Positions 17,692-26,215 of a DNA stretch of 64,000 nucleotides are shown one piece after another. Numbering within the stretch: the stretch's first letter is position 1; each line of letters opens with the position of its first letter. Origin of the DNA: Candidatus Kaiserbacteria bacterium (GTDB taxonomy: Bacteria > Patescibacteriota > Minisyncoccia > Phycocordibacterales > Phycocordibacteraceae); contig OY969413.1 of assembly GCA_963699165.1 (NCBI GenBank), positions 916,562 through 980,561 of the forward strand, in the 5' to 3' direction. Position numbers and translations under genes: made by a program. The notes below the pieces were generated by a model. The model saw only the letters and a program-made list of their open reading frames with translations, ran no database searches and was not told the DNA's origin.

Positions 17692-18407
17692 AAGTCGACA
17701 TTTGCATTCCCGCATACAACGAAGCGCCGATAATCGCGGATACGGTTCGCGCGGTAGTCGCCGAGCTCGGAACCACTCCAAACATCTCGTGGCGGATTAT
17801 CGTCGCCGACAACGGCTCAACCGATGGAACGGCCGACGCCGTCAAAGCACTCGCTATTCCGAATGTCTCGGTTCTTTCCATCAAAACGAAAGGGAAGGGT
17901 GCCGCCGTTGTCGCGGCAGCTAAAGCGTCAACTGCGGATGTATTCGGATTTATCGATGCCGATCTTTCCGCCGATCCGAGCAACATTCGATATCTCCTCG
18001 CCGTTCTCTCCGGTGCCGATGTCGTTATCGGCTCGCGTCTTTTGAAAGAAGCTCGAGTCGACCGCAGTTGGTGGCGTTCATTATCATCCTCGTTGTTTAA
18101 TTTTGCGCGCCGCCGGATGCTCGGCATTCGCGTTGCCGATACCCAATGCGGGCTTAAATTGACCAATGAGAAGGGTCGCCGCGAACTAACCGCCTGTCAG
18201 GAACAAGGTTGGTTTTTTGATGTCGAGTGGCTTGCCCGAGCGAGCGGTTCGAACCTTCGCATCAGGGAAATTCCCATTTCTTGGACGGAACAACGGTTTG
18301 CGGGAAGAAGAGCAAAACTCGACATTCTGGCGGACGGCATGCAGTCAATCGGCGCTTTCTCGCGCATCCGAAACCGGCTAAAGCTCGAAGCGACTCGCGG
18401 CGCCTAA
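17688..18407 (+). CDS. GT2-family polyprenol-phosphate glycosyltransferase (DPM1/GtrB/ArnC-like).
   Basis: N-terminal ICIPAYNEAPII…VADNGSTDGT and DAD (FIDADLS) motifs characteristic of DPM1-like GT2 enzymes. ATGA overlap with the upstream GT4–GtrA gene. Confidence 0.8.
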   Translation: MKVDICIPAYNEAPIIADTVRAVVAELGTTPNISWRIIVADNGSTDGTADAVKALAIPNVSVLSIKTKGKGAAVVAAAKASTADVFGFIDADLSADPSNIRYLLAVLSGADVVIGSRLLKEARVDRSWWRSLSSSLFNFARRRMLGIRVADTQCGLKLTNEKGRRELTACQEQGWFFDVEWLARASGSNLRIREIPISWTEQRFAGRRAKLDILADGMQSIGAFSRIRNRLKLEATRGA

Positions 18408-19216
18408 TGCGGTCAAAGGCCGGCTCCAATGTCGATTCTTTGTGCTCTGGTATACTCAATTTGCTTATGAGCCACTCGTATCCGGAAAAATATTTTGACG
18501 TTACCGTTTCAAACGGCCGGCGAACGTTTACTCGCGAAGAGACATTGCAACGGCTCTCTCCATATAAACGCCACCTTGCCGCATTCATAGACAATCTTCC
18601 AAAAAACGCAAGAGTGCTTGATATCGGATGCGGTTCCGGCCGCGCCGTTCGAATCATTCAATCTTTGCGGCCCGACATATCGGTCGAGGCCTGCGATATT
18701 AACGATGTCCGGGAATTTCTCCCGTCCGGGGTCCCGTTTATTATTTGTTCCGGAGACGAGGTAAGCGGGAAATACCCCGCAGCGCACTTTGACGGCATTC
18801 TGTGCCAGCATGTCATCGAGCATCTCGCCGTTCCTATGGGGCTCGCGGAGGGAATGCACGCCATACTCAAGTCCGGAGGGCGCGTATTTATAGAGACACC
18901 GAATTGGACGCGCCTATTTATTCCATTTTCGCATAATTTCTTTTGGAACGATTACACGCACATCCGCCCTTTTGCGAAATTTACGCTGATCAAACTTCTG
19001 AGCGACTATTCGTTTGAAGTCGACCGCGCCATAACGTGTTCGTCGAGCACGTGGTTCAATAGGCGAGCGGCCGGAAAAGAACGGAATGCGGAGAATTCAC
19101 CCAAACCCCCCCCTAAAGACCAAAGATGCCTATGCATGGAACGGATTTTTCGCCCGTGCATTTGCGCGTGCGGTGAATCCTCTCATTCCGGATATTTTAA
19201 TCGTGGTCGCTCATAA
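18407..19216 (+). CDS. Class I SAM-dependent methyltransferase.
   Basis: SAM-binding motif I VLDIGCGSG and a post-I acidic residue. The start at 18407 overlaps the upstream stop (TAATG). The longer 18227 start lies inside the GT2 gene. Confidence 0.7.
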   Translation: MRSKAGSNVDSLCSGILNLLMSHSYPEKYFDVTVSNGRRTFTREETLQRLSPYKRHLAAFIDNLPKNARVLDIGCGSGRAVRIIQSLRPDISVEACDINDVREFLPSGVPFIICSGDEVSGKYPAAHFDGILCQHVIEHLAVPMGLAEGMHAILKSGGRVFIETPNWTRLFIPFSHNFFWNDYTHIRPFAKFTLIKLLSDYSFEVDRAITCSSSTWFNRRAAGKERNAENSPKPPPKDQRCLCMERIFRPCICACGESSHSGYFNRGRS

Positions 19217-19225
19217 AAGAGAACT

Positions 19226-19876
19226 ATGAGCACGAAAGATTTTGAAGACACTCGCTGGAGGGAAAAGCCGCAGCAGGAAGAGTTTCGGCATCGCGCTGCG
19301 CTATCGCTCATTTCTTCCGGACGGGTATTGGACGTCGGATGCGGAGACGGTTTCCTCATGGATCGTCTTCGCGACCGGGGCATTGCGGTTCAGGGCGTAG
19401 ATCTGTCTCCTGTCGCGGTTGCGCACTGTACCGAGCAAAATCTTAAAGCCGTGATTTGCGATATCACGAACGACCCGTTGCCGTTTCGTAATGGAGCGTT
19501 TACGACGGTAGTGGCCCTCGATGTTCTGGAACACGTCCTTAATCCGGAGAAGATTGTTTCCGAGATGGCGCGAGTCAGCTCGGAATACGTTGTCATAGGA
19601 GTTCCGAATTTTTCCTCGCTGCCCGCTCGTCTTCAAACGCTCGTAGGTAACGTTCCTGAAAATAATCATGCGCACAAGGGCCATGTGTACTGGTTTAATT
19701 GGAATGTACTCGAGAAGATGGCTGCCGATTCCCGCCTGAAAATAGACGAGGTGCGGGTAAATGCCCCGGGCGGGCGTCTTTCCGTCGTCGGTCCAATATT
19801 GCGCGCCTGCGCGCGAATGTTTCCGAATGTCTTTGCCCTTTCGTTCGTTGTTCGGTTCAGCAAGAAACAGTCATGA
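19226..19876 (+). CDS. Class I SAM-dependent methyltransferase (Methyltransf_11-like).
   Basis: VLDVGCGDGFL motif I, …VVALDVLEHV… motif II/III. Confidence 0.75.
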   Translation: MSTKDFEDTRWREKPQQEEFRHRAALSLISSGRVLDVGCGDGFLMDRLRDRGIAVQGVDLSPVAVAHCTEQNLKAVICDITNDPLPFRNGAFTTVVALDVLEHVLNPEKIVSEMARVSSEYVVIGVPNFSSLPARLQTLVGNVPENNHAHKGHVYWFNWNVLEKMAADSRLKIDEVRVNAPGGRLSVVGPILRACARMFPNVFALSFVVRFSKKQS

Positions 19877-20910
19877 GGCGATACCGTTCCCTCTGTTATT
19901 TCAATAGCGGCGCGATAGGCGAGTTTCTCATGATGCTGTATTTTGCCGATCTTTTGGAGCGTTCGGCAAAGACGCTCGGAGTTGAAGTGCCGCAGGTCGA
20001 CATCGTCGTCCAGCGCAACGCTGCGCTCGTGCGGGAGTTGGCGGCATGCTATCCGAACGTTCGTATCATCGAGCTTTCGAGAAAATCAATATTTCGAACG
20101 ATTCTACAAGCTCGCCGCGGGTCTCTGCCGCGCATGTTCATTACCCAGCAGACGTTCGGAAAAATTCCCTTGCCGATAAAATGCATCGCGCGTCTTAGCG
20201 CTCTCGGGCCCGGGAGATACCTCGGAGGATTTGACGACCACATGCCGGTTAATCGTTTTCTCTATAACGAACGCTGGGAGTTTGATACCGCGCGCCTTTT
20301 TCCGGAGACAATGCATTGGCTTGCGGAACACATCGGTTATCCGACGAATTATGTTGCACCGCGTTTAAAATGGCCGGAGCAGCCGTTCCCGGAATCGAAA
20401 ACAAGACCAATCGTTCTCCACGTATGCGCGCAGGGAGAAAAACGGAGCTTGCCGCTTGCGCGCTGGAAAGTCCTTATAGCAAAGCTTCGCGGACACTATC
20501 CGAAAGCAACATTCGCCTTTACCGGCAGTGGCGCCGATAGGGAGTTTATCGATGCGGCGATTGAAGGCATACGGGATTGTGAAAACAGCGCGGGAAAAAT
20601 TTCCATTACCGAATCCATTGCATTGCTCAAATCGGCACGGCTTTTTATCGGTGTTGATACCGGCATCACGCATCTTGCCGCGTTTCTCGGATGCCGGGGC
20701 GTTGTTCTCGGCAATAACAGCAATCCATGCTGGTCGACAAAATATTGTCCATCATTGACATGGTTGGCCGCCGATGGGCGTTGCACCTGTCTCGGGAACA
20801 AAAAAGGGGATTGCACGGAATACGTAGACGGCAAGCCGTATTATCGATGCCTCCTCGACATATCCGACGAGAGTATTATTGCCGCCGCCGATGCGATACT
20901 CGCGGCGTGA
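19873..20910 (+). CDS. GT9-family glycosyltransferase, ADP-heptose:LPS heptosyltransferase-like.
   Basis: C-terminal GT9 signature …ARLFIGVDTGITHLAAFLGCRGVVL… (compare DSGPMHLAAAxG). ATGA overlap with the upstream methyltransferase. The upstream extension from 19699 is rejected. Confidence 0.7.
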   Translation: MRRYRSLCYFNSGAIGEFLMMLYFADLLERSAKTLGVEVPQVDIVVQRNAALVRELAACYPNVRIIELSRKSIFRTILQARRGSLPRMFITQQTFGKIPLPIKCIARLSALGPGRYLGGFDDHMPVNRFLYNERWEFDTARLFPETMHWLAEHIGYPTNYVAPRLKWPEQPFPESKTRPIVLHVCAQGEKRSLPLARWKVLIAKLRGHYPKATFAFTGSGADREFIDAAIEGIRDCENSAGKISITESIALLKSARLFIGVDTGITHLAAFLGCRGVVLGNNSNPCWSTKYCPSLTWLAADGRCTCLGNKKGDCTEYVDGKPYYRCLLDISDESIIAAADAILAA

Positions 20911-20928
20911 TTCGCGCAATGCTACGTT

Positions 20929-22041
20929 ATGAAGAACATGCAGCTGCAAAAAAGCATCACCTTCTATGTCGACCCCGCGTGGCGGCGTGAGGATTTGCTG
21001 CACTCGGCGCTTCTGTTTCCTTTTTGGGAAAATCCGTCGGGGAAGGATAACGTTCTTCTTCGCACGATGCTTTTTAAAAATCGCAGCTTCGATACATCAG
21101 TGTATCGGATTACGGACAATAAAGAAGATGCGGATGCCGTGTTCATGCCGTACTCGCATAGCACCGTACGCCGCTCGTATCCCGAATTGCTCGAAACGTG
21201 CGGCACCGTCGCGCAGGAACTCGGCGTGCCGCTTCTCGTCGACGGAATGGAAGACGTATCTCACGCAATCCATACGCCGAATACGTACGTGTTGCGTTAC
21301 GGGGCATACGATTTCGAAAAAAATGATTCGGAGATAATCGTTCCGCTTCTCGCGAATGATTTGCTTGAGATATATTGCGGCGGACAACTGCAGATTCGCG
21401 CGAAAGGGGAGACGCCGGTTGTGGGTTTCGCGGGATGGGCGCATCTTACTCCGTATCGGACGTTACGAACCGTCGTGAAAGAATTGCCCGACCGTCTGCA
21501 TGGGATTTTTGACGGAAGGTTCAAAGCAAAGAAAAAGGGAGTATTTTTCCGTGCGCAAGCGCTGAAGATTCTTGAAAAGTCGCCAAAGGTCGCATGCAAT
21601 TTCATTTCGAGAAACAGCTATTCGGGGCATGCGCATACCGCATCGAAAAGCATCGAAGAATTGCAGAAGGACTTCGTTGATAATATTTTGGCAAGCGACT
21701 ACGGGTTGGATGTGCGCGGGGACTCAAATGCGTCGACCCGCCTCTTTGAAATATTGTCTCTCGGGCGAATTCCCGTAATAGTTAACACCGAACGCGTATT
21801 CCCATTCAGCGACAAGGTTGATTACTCGTCGTTTTCGCTCATTGTTGATTTCCGCGACATCAACCGATTGCCCGATCGTATCGCCGAATTTCATGCGGCC
21901 ATTTCGCAGGAACGATTCGCACACATGCAGAGAAATGCGCGCGATGCCTATGTAAATTTTTTCCGCGTTGACGCGATGATGCGCTCGATTGTCGAAGAAT
22001 TGAGAATTAAAATCGCTCCTTCAGGCCGCGGCAAATCTTAA
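20929..22041 (+). CDS. Exostosin-family (GT47-like) glycosyltransferase domain protein.
   Basis: The C-terminal region STRLFEILSLGRIPVIVNTERVFPFSDKVDYSSFSLIV matches the conserved GT47/exostosin segment (…RLFEAIASGCIPVII…LPFEDVLDYSEFSV…). Confidence 0.5.
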   Translation: MKNMQLQKSITFYVDPAWRREDLLHSALLFPFWENPSGKDNVLLRTMLFKNRSFDTSVYRITDNKEDADAVFMPYSHSTVRRSYPELLETCGTVAQELGVPLLVDGMEDVSHAIHTPNTYVLRYGAYDFEKNDSEIIVPLLANDLLEIYCGGQLQIRAKGETPVVGFAGWAHLTPYRTLRTVVKELPDRLHGIFDGRFKAKKKGVFFRAQALKILEKSPKVACNFISRNSYSGHAHTASKSIEELQKDFVDNILASDYGLDVRGDSNASTRLFEILSLGRIPVIVNTERVFPFSDKVDYSSFSLIVDFRDINRLPDRIAEFHAAISQERFAHMQRNARDAYVNFFRVDAMMRSIVEELRIKIAPSGRGKS

Positions 22042-22132
22042 TTGTTTAGCGCAACGCGAAGACCATGTACGCATGCAGATATTGCTAGCAATTGAAAAAG
22101 GGAAGTGACAAGCCCACCCGAGATTCTTGGGT

Positions 22133-23220
22133 GCCATGCATAAGTTCAGATACATTTGGCAGTCCTCATAACCGAGGATATATGCGCATCAGAAGCAATT
22201 TCAGGGGTACGAAGGGCTGGTTGAGCATGTGGGAAAGGACGATACGATTGCGGCATATGCGGAAACCAAAGGAAGTCGACAGACGGGTGAAGATATTGGG
22301 ATTCTGGGACATGCACGGGACGGAGGCCGCATACGACGCCTTTGGCACCTCGGAGCGCACCTTGTATCGCTGGAAGGAGGAACTCAAAGCCCACGAGGGC
22401 CGCATTGATGCACTTGACCCGAAGAGCACTGCGCCGAAGGCGCGTCGAAGGAGGACTGTTCTGCCCGAGGTCGAGGATTTCATCATCCGCGAACGACAGG
22501 CGCATCCCCGGCTTGGGAAAGCAAAGCTTGCCGTTCTCCTGCGCGAAGAAGGGCACTCCGTGTCGGAGTCATACGTTGGGCGGGTCATTCTGGATTTGAA
22601 GAACCGCGGTCTGCTCCCGCAGCAGAGCCGGCTCTCGTTCCACGCACGTACGGGCAATCACACGGAAACACCGCAGAAACGCCGTACCAAGCTTCGCCGC
22701 ACCGGCAAGCGCGGCATGGAGCTCGATACCGTCGTCCGCTTCATCGACGGCGTGAAGCGGTACGTCCTCACGGCAGTGGATGTGGAGCGGAAGTTCGCCT
22801 TTGCGGGCGCGTATACGAACCACTCGTCGAGAAGCGCGGACGACTTCCTTCGCCGAGTCATCGAGGTTTGCCCCTTCGATATCGACGAGTTGCAGACCGA
22901 CAACGGGAGCGAGTTCGCCAAACACTTCGAGGATGCCTGTGCCGAACTCGGGCTCACGCACTTTCACACCCGCCCCCGCACTCCCAAGATGAATGCCCAC
23001 GTCGAACGATTCAATCGCACCGTCTCCGAGGACTTCATCATGCTGAATCGGGGCCTGCTGCGGGACGATATTCATTCCTTCAATCTGAAGCTTGTCGACT
23101 GGCTGATCTGGTACAACACCAAACGCCCGCACCAGTCGCTCGGCATGGTGTCCCCCTTGCGGTATATTGTGTGTACATTAACCGTCGGGGACTGCCAAAA
23201 GTACTGGACGCGTACATGCC
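22133..23220 (+). mobile_element. IS481-family-like insertion sequence (~1.09 kb) with imperfect ~33-bp terminal inverted repeats and a single DDE transposase ORF.
   Basis: The left arm 22133..22165 (gccatgcataagttcagatacatttggcagtcc) is the reverse complement, at about 22 of 33 positions, of the right arm 23189..23220 (ggactgccaaaagtactggacgcgtacatgcc). Its size and its single rve-type transposase fit the IS481 family. The exact ends are uncertain and no clear target-site duplication was seen. Confidence 0.5.
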
Positions 23221-23225
23221 ATTGA
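22182..23225 (+). CDS. DDE transposase with an integrase catalytic core (rve), IS481-family-like. The likely start is 22182.
   Basis: It has an N-terminal HTH region and the catalytic-core motifs …DNGSEFAKHF… and …HTRPRTPKMNAHVERFNRTVSEDF…, the integrase/IS481/IS3 DDE signature. The ORF track extends the frame upstream to 22092, which is outside the inferred left inverted repeat. Confidence 0.8.
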   Translation: MRIRSNFRGTKGWLSMWERTIRLRHMRKPKEVDRRVKILGFWDMHGTEAAYDAFGTSERTLYRWKEELKAHEGRIDALDPKSTAPKARRRRTVLPEVEDFIIRERQAHPRLGKAKLAVLLREEGHSVSESYVGRVILDLKNRGLLPQQSRLSFHARTGNHTETPQKRRTKLRRTGKRGMELDTVVRFIDGVKRYVLTAVDVERKFAFAGAYTNHSSRSADDFLRRVIEVCPFDIDELQTDNGSEFAKHFEDACAELGLTHFHTRPRTPKMNAHVERFNRTVSEDFIMLNRGLLRDDIHSFNLKLVDWLIWYNTKRPHQSLGMVSPLRYIVCTLTVGDCQKYWTRTCH

Positions 23226-23300
23226 CGTATGGTGTATACTCTAGTATAAGTATAGTCAGAAACAGTAGAATAATTCATACCGCGACCTAGGAGGATAGTC

Positions 23301-23828
23301 ATGCTAGTCGAGCTTCTTCAAAAGTTATTCAGCCGTTCGTCACCGCAGTCACGTCGCGTAGAAACGCAGAAATCGCGGCCGGAACCCACAACGTTCAAGG
23401 ATAAGTACCGCGAAGAAAATGTCTTCGAGTTCGAAATTCTCGACGGAGGGGTTGCCCTCGAGACTGCCTATGCGTGCTGCGACTTGATTCGCAACCGTAA
23501 GTCGAAGCCGGGCACGAAGCTCTTCGTTCAATATCCTGAGAGCAATCAGAAAGAATGGCTGGAATTCCTCGGGGTTATTCCGGATTCGTCTTTTCCCCAA
23601 CTTCGGGGACAACGGGCGAAACTCACGGTTCTGGATGAAGCCCATTACAATTGGGGGACCGGCGCCGCATCGTTCAAATGGCGGTGCACTCAAGACCAAG
23701 CACTCGAAGTTCTCACCGGCGAATTGACCGGCCAAAAATTTACGGGTCGGGAGGGCTGGGATTGTTTCGATGATGATTTTCCGCCCGTGATACTGCGAGC
23801 CGTGCGAGCCCAATTACAATCCAATTAA
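23301..23828 (+). CDS. Hypothetical protein.
   Basis: A 175-aa ORF with a strong RBS (ctAGGAGGatagtcATG) and a hairpin plus T-run (gccccaaagacgaaagtcggcggggcttttt) after its stop. No motif recognised. Confidence 0.5.
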   Translation: MLVELLQKLFSRSSPQSRRVETQKSRPEPTTFKDKYREENVFEFEILDGGVALETAYACCDLIRNRKSKPGTKLFVQYPESNQKEWLEFLGVIPDSSFPQLRGQRAKLTVLDEAHYNWGTGAASFKWRCTQDQALEVLTGELTGQKFTGREGWDCFDDDFPPVILRAVRAQLQSN

Positions 23829-23893
23829 CGCGCCGTCGAACGCAGGAACGACCCCGGTGCGAGCCCCAAAGACGAAAGTCGGCGGGGCTTTTT

Positions 23894-24727
23894 CTATCGC
23901 CACGCGAAGACCATGTATGCATGCATGGCGTCGCGTCCGACGACTTGATGCGGGAGAGCGATGGACTCGACGAACGTGCGAAAGCCCGCCATTTGAAGCA
24001 ATACGAGCAGATCGCTCACCGGCCGCGTGAAGAATCCCGGGATGTAGTGATACTCGAGCTGAATGGCGGCGATAGACGACAGTTTTTTCGAGTCCCGCAA
24101 TTCTTCGAGCACATCGAGTTCCGGCCCCTCGATGTCCATCTTCAGCAAATCAATTTTGCCGTCGATATAGTGCGACAGCACATCGACATTCACGGTGTAC
24201 GAATTAAGCTCGCGTCCTTTTTGCGTCAAGTAATTTGCCGTGCTCCCATCGCTGCTTGTCGCGACCTTGTCGGTGACGAAAAATTCAACCGTGCCTTTCT
24301 TATTGCCAAGCGCAACCGGAATTACTTTCACCTCCTTCTCCCACCGGTTTGCGGCGATATTTTTCTCAAGCACCGCGCGCGCCGCGGGATTCGGTTCGAA
24401 ACAAACGACCTGCGCGTGCGGCGCGCGTATCTTTATATACAAAAGCGAGACCCCGATATTAGCTCCGCAGTCGAGTACGCGAATCGGTTTCTGCGTTGCC
24501 TCGATAAAATAGGTTTCCTTAAAAAAAATCTCGTTAAAGAGTCCGACGAAGTGGTCGAGAAAAGGGAAGTAAAAAACATACGGCCCGACCGGAATACTGG
24601 CGAGATTTCCGTTTTTTGGCGGCGCAAACACGTTTCGCAGATGAGCGAAGGCAAATGCGGCTGCCGCTCGGAAACCAAAAAGCGCGCGCAGGCGCGAAAA
24701 ATATTCAAAATATCTCACTGGCTTCAT
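23894..24727 (-). CDS. FkbM-family SAM-dependent methyltransferase.
   Basis: Methyltransf_21-type motifs: …RVLDCGANIGVSLLY… (SAM-binding) and …LLKMDIEGPELDVLEEL…. It is the only –-strand gene in this part of the cluster. Confidence 0.8.
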   Translation of the reverse strand: MKPVRYFEYFSRLRALFGFRAAAAFAFAHLRNVFAPPKNGNLASIPVGPYVFYFPFLDHFVGLFNEIFFKETYFIEATQKPIRVLDCGANIGVSLLYIKIRAPHAQVVCFEPNPAARAVLEKNIAANRWEKEVKVIPVALGNKKGTVEFFVTDKVATSSDGSTANYLTQKGRELNSYTVNVDVLSHYIDGKIDLLKMDIEGPELDVLEELRDSKKLSSIAAIQLEYHYIPGFFTRPVSDLLVLLQMAGFRTFVESIALPHQVVGRDAMHAYMVFAWR

Positions 24728-24772
24728 TACCCGTTCATTCTAACGCATTTCGCGGGGTGATACCATACGCTC

Positions 24773-25150
24773 ATGCGAATCGTGAAATTTATCGTGAGTG
24801 GCGCGGCCGGCATGGCGGTGAACCTTTGTGGTTACTTCGTCTTGCATTTGCTTGGAGCCCCGTATCTTGCCGGGTCCATAGGCGGCTTTCTTGCCGCGGT
24901 ATTCGTGGGATTCACGCTCCAGAAACATTGGACATTCGAGAATCGCGAAGTCGGTTCCGCCCGCACCCAGTTCATGTTGTATGCGCTTTTTTCGCTCGGT
25001 AATCTGGCCCTCAATACCGGCATCGTCTACGTGCTTGTCGGCAGGTTTGGCGTCTATTATCTCCTCGCGCAGACGGTCGGCGCGGCTGTCGTTGCGATTG
25101 ACGGTTTCTTTCTTTATCGCACATTTGTTTTTAATCCTTTGCGAGCATAG
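24773..25150 (+). CDS. GtrA-family membrane protein associated with polysaccharide synthesis or translocation.
   Basis: A 125-aa product with four TM helices and the GtrA-like N-terminus (FIVSGAAGMAVNLCGYFVLHLL…). It is divergent from the FkbM gene. Confidence 0.75.
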   Translation: MRIVKFIVSGAAGMAVNLCGYFVLHLLGAPYLAGSIGGFLAAVFVGFTLQKHWTFENREVGSARTQFMLYALFSLGNLALNTGIVYVLVGRFGVYYLLAQTVGAAVVAIDGFFLYRTFVFNPLRA

Positions 25151-25190
25151 TGGCGGAGGAATCGAGTTGTGATTATACTAGCCATGTATT

Positions 25191-26207
25191 GTGAAAAATA
25201 AACAAACGTATTTTATTACCGGCGTCGCGGGCTTTCTTGGAAGCCACCTCGCGGAGAACCTTCTTAAGGACGGCCATCGGGTCATCGGTTGCGACAATCT
25301 CGTCGGCGGTTATCTCGACAATGTTCCCGTGGGAGTCGAATTGCACACGGCGAGCTGCGGCGATCGTGCAAAAATGTCCGAGCTGTTGCGCGGTGTTGAT
25401 GTCGTGTACCACACCGCGGCATACGCATACGAAGGACTTTCGGTTTTCTCGCCGTATCTGGTGACGGAGAATATTTACGGCGGGACGGTGTCCGTTGTTT
25501 CGGCCGCGATTGCAAACCGAGTAAAACGATTCGTACAGTGTTCCTCGATGGCCCGTTATGGCACTCAGCCGACGGTTCCTTTCACCGAAGATATGGTGTG
25601 CAAGCCGCAGGACCCCTACGGCATCGCTAAGTATGCGGCCGAGCTCACCGTGCGAAATCTGTGCGAGGTCCACGGCATGGAATACGTCATCGCCGTTCCG
25701 CACAACATCATCGGTCCGCGGCAGAAGTACGACGACCCGTTCCGCAATGTCGCATCCATCATGATTAATCTGATGCTGCAGGGACGTCAGCCGATAATTT
25801 ACGGCGACGGCGAACAGAAGCGCAGTTTTTCTTTTGTGGATGATGTCGTTGCTCCGCTTCGGCGCATGGGAACGGACAGCGTGCCGGTCGGGGAAGTCAT
25901 CAATATCGGTCCGGACGACCGTTTTATCACCATCAACGAATTGGCCGCAACCATCGCGAAATTAATCGACTTCAAATTATCGCCGGTGTATATGCCCGGC
26001 CGGCCGCAGGAAGTTCGCTATGCCTCGTGCAGTGCGGACAAGGCGCGGAAACTTCTCGACTATAAGACGACGGTGCCGCTTGAGAAGGGACTGCAGAGCA
26101 TGATTGAGTACATTCGTACGCGCGGCACCAAACCGTTCCTGTATCATCTGGACCTTGAAATAGTGAGCGACAAAACGCCGCGTACGTGGAAGGACCGTCT
26201 TTTCTAA
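25191..26207 (+). CDS. NAD-dependent nucleotide-sugar epimerase/dehydratase, SDR family.
   Basis: YFITGVAGFLGSHLAENL Rossmann motif and catalytic PYGIAKYAAE (YxxxK). Confidence 0.8.
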   Translation: MKNKQTYFITGVAGFLGSHLAENLLKDGHRVIGCDNLVGGYLDNVPVGVELHTASCGDRAKMSELLRGVDVVYHTAAYAYEGLSVFSPYLVTENIYGGTVSVVSAAIANRVKRFVQCSSMARYGTQPTVPFTEDMVCKPQDPYGIAKYAAELTVRNLCEVHGMEYVIAVPHNIIGPRQKYDDPFRNVASIMINLMLQGRQPIIYGDGEQKRSFSFVDDVVAPLRRMGTDSVPVGEVINIGPDDRFITINELAATIAKLIDFKLSPVYMPGRPQEVRYASCSADKARKLLDYKTTVPLEKGLQSMIEYIRTRGTKPFLYHLDLEIVSDKTPRTWKDRLF

Positions 26208-26215
26208 ACACATCT

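Noticed and set aside
22050-23925. Interpreting the 28-nt direct repeats as a target-site duplication of the IS.
   Set aside because: They are far longer than IS481-type duplications of 4–15 bp. They are not adjacent to the inferred IS ends, and they differ by synonymous-type changes that preserve an FkbM C-terminal reading frame. A gene-remnant explanation fits better.
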